NCBI GenBank assembly: GCA_013239625.1
Contig: MU053792.1
Location: 1,258,112-1,322,111, forward strand
Source: Lama guanicoe
Lineage: Eukaryota
DNA length: 64,000 nt
Direction: 5' to 3'
Shown here piece after piece: positions 62,276 to 64,000 of this stretch; the stretch's first letter is position 1, and each line of letters begins with the position of its first letter. The notes below the pieces were generated by a model. It searched no databases, had not been told where the DNA came from, and saw only the letters and a program-made list of their open reading frames with translations. A program made the translations under genes and the position numbers.

Positions 62276-64000
62276 CCCTGGCCAGGTGAGAGGCCATCTT
62301 TGTTAAAGTGATTTGACGTCTCTAATTTTAGGGGCTAGACACACACCTTGTGCATGATCCAGGACTCCTGGCAGTGGCAGAAATACATCCTCCAGCCAGG
62401 GATTTCATTGGTTGAGACATTGGCACAGGCAGCGGGTGCTGTGCTGTGCTGTGCAAAGGGGATTGATGGAGAGCCACAGCTGTCCAGATATGATGCAGAG
62501 CGCATAGGGAACCACTCTTCCAGTGTCTCCAGCCACATGGCTGTTCCAGCTGTGACGGGCACGCTTCGCATCGTACTTGGCTGGCCTGTGTGCATCCCAG
62601 CAGGGGGTGACCACATGCAATTGCAGGGCTCTGCTGCTATGTCACCGTGCGTTGCCTGTTCAAATCCTGATGTGCTCTAAAGACATTCTCTGTGTGCTCC
62701 TTGTTGGTGATGTGCCCAGGTCCAGGACAGGCTTGGGAAGTAAGACTGATCGTCTCATTCCCTCCCATCCCTCCAGATCCTCCAGATCCTCCAGGCCATC
62801 ACCCTTTGGTTCCGATTTCCTTTATTTGTAGGACTGTGGGAGAAATGTGCACCTTCACGAAAATAATACATCTGTGAACTAGGAACATTTCTTTCCCTAT
62901 GTTTTAAACAATACTGGGAATTAATATTTTTATTTTTGTCAGTGTGCCAGGAGAAAAACGGGCTTCGTTGTTTTATTTGCATTCCCTTAGGTACTAGACA
63001 GCATGTATTTAGTAGCTCTTTGTCTTCGTCTGTGTTTGATCCTTTGACTCCGTTAACCCTCCCACGCATCACGCCGTGGCAGGCACAGGAGAGCCAGGCC
63101 TGGTGACAGTGCCTGCCTGCCCCCGGGCTTGGCGAGGACAGTGACCTGCTTACTCCTGATCTGCTTGTGGTCTTTGGTTTTAACAATTTGTTCCTGGCTC
63201 CCTAGACCACTTTCTGCTCAGTTCTCAGCATTGTACTTATGCTGATTAACATTCTCCCTTGCTCAGGGAGACAGTTTTCTTATGGCTTCTAATAACCAGG
63301 CCAACCCACTACCTCTAGTCAGAGGATAAGAACAAGGGAAAATATTTGATCCTGGCTGCCAGTTCATAGTCTAGGGAACAAAGAAACACCAAAACCAAAA
63401 AAATAACAATGACATAAACACCAAAAAAAAAAAAAACCCAGAAAACAAATGAGTGCCTTAAACAATAATAGATGTCCAAGAGGAGTAAACCCTAGGTGAA
63501 CTAGGGGCTCTCCTGCCAGGTGCAGGCACGTCCAGAAGGCGAGAAGCTGGACAAGGATGAGCTGGCCTTCCATGCAGCAGTTGCCAAGGCCAAGAGGGCC
63601 CTGGGGGCAAATTGCAATCAAATCTATGTCTGGAGGAAGATGTGCCTAAAAATGTAGGTGGGGTCAGCTTCCTAAGCCTTTTAAACTATGCCAAGAAGTA
63701 TGGATCTCATCCTGCAGACAGAAGTCATCGTCACCTGCTGGTCTAATATAATGATCGTAGCCAGTGTTCCCTCACTGCTTGTTACATACCAGGAACTGCG
63801 CCAAGCATTTCAATCACTTAGCCTCAGTCTCAGGTCCGTGTTTCAGATAGATGACGCTGTCGGGGAAATACGGATTAAGGGGCAAGACTGGAGGAAGGAG
63901 ATTAGTTGCAATAGTTAGAACAGAGGGTATGGTATGGTGGCCGATTGTGAGGGTGGAAAGAAAGAGACAAACTTGAGAGAAGTTAAAGAGGCAGAGTTGA

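Noticed and set aside
59303..64000. CD109 exon 5 (DPKSNLIQQW...)
   Set aside because: Not found by eye in this interval. It may lie beyond the window or be deleted.

Overview
Mammalian genomic DNA, very probably from a camelid. The evidence is tRNA-Ala-derived SINEs with the Vic-1-type tail and artiodactyl-type L1 3' ends. I find no intact protein-coding gene in the window. The main recognisable element is an unprocessed, heavily disabled copy of the 5' end of CD109 (exons 1-4, + strand, about 42.4-59.3 kb). It carries frameshifts, a stop codon, a poly(A)-only insertion with a target-site duplication, and two mutated splice sites. About 11 kb upstream is a strong CpG-island promoter (30.5-31.75 kb) of a gene I cannot identify, with splice donors on both strands. 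A second promoter-like CpG-rich block sits inside intron 3 of the pseudogene. The left end (1.6-3.5 kb) holds degenerate exon-like segments of an unidentified gene, one split by a solo ERV1-type LTR. A compound L1 structure (10.4-15.6 kb) contains a ~170-bp GC-rich monomer array with an internal inversion. The rest is ordinary interspersed repeats (L1, L2, MIR, MaLR/ERVL, hAT) and small tandem duplications. Most of the ORF track is spurious or L1 ORF2 remnant. Repeat subfamily names and the CD109 comparison come from recall, not from alignment. I see no clearly new biological system. The best lead is a possible chimeric non-coding transcript built from the pseudogene.
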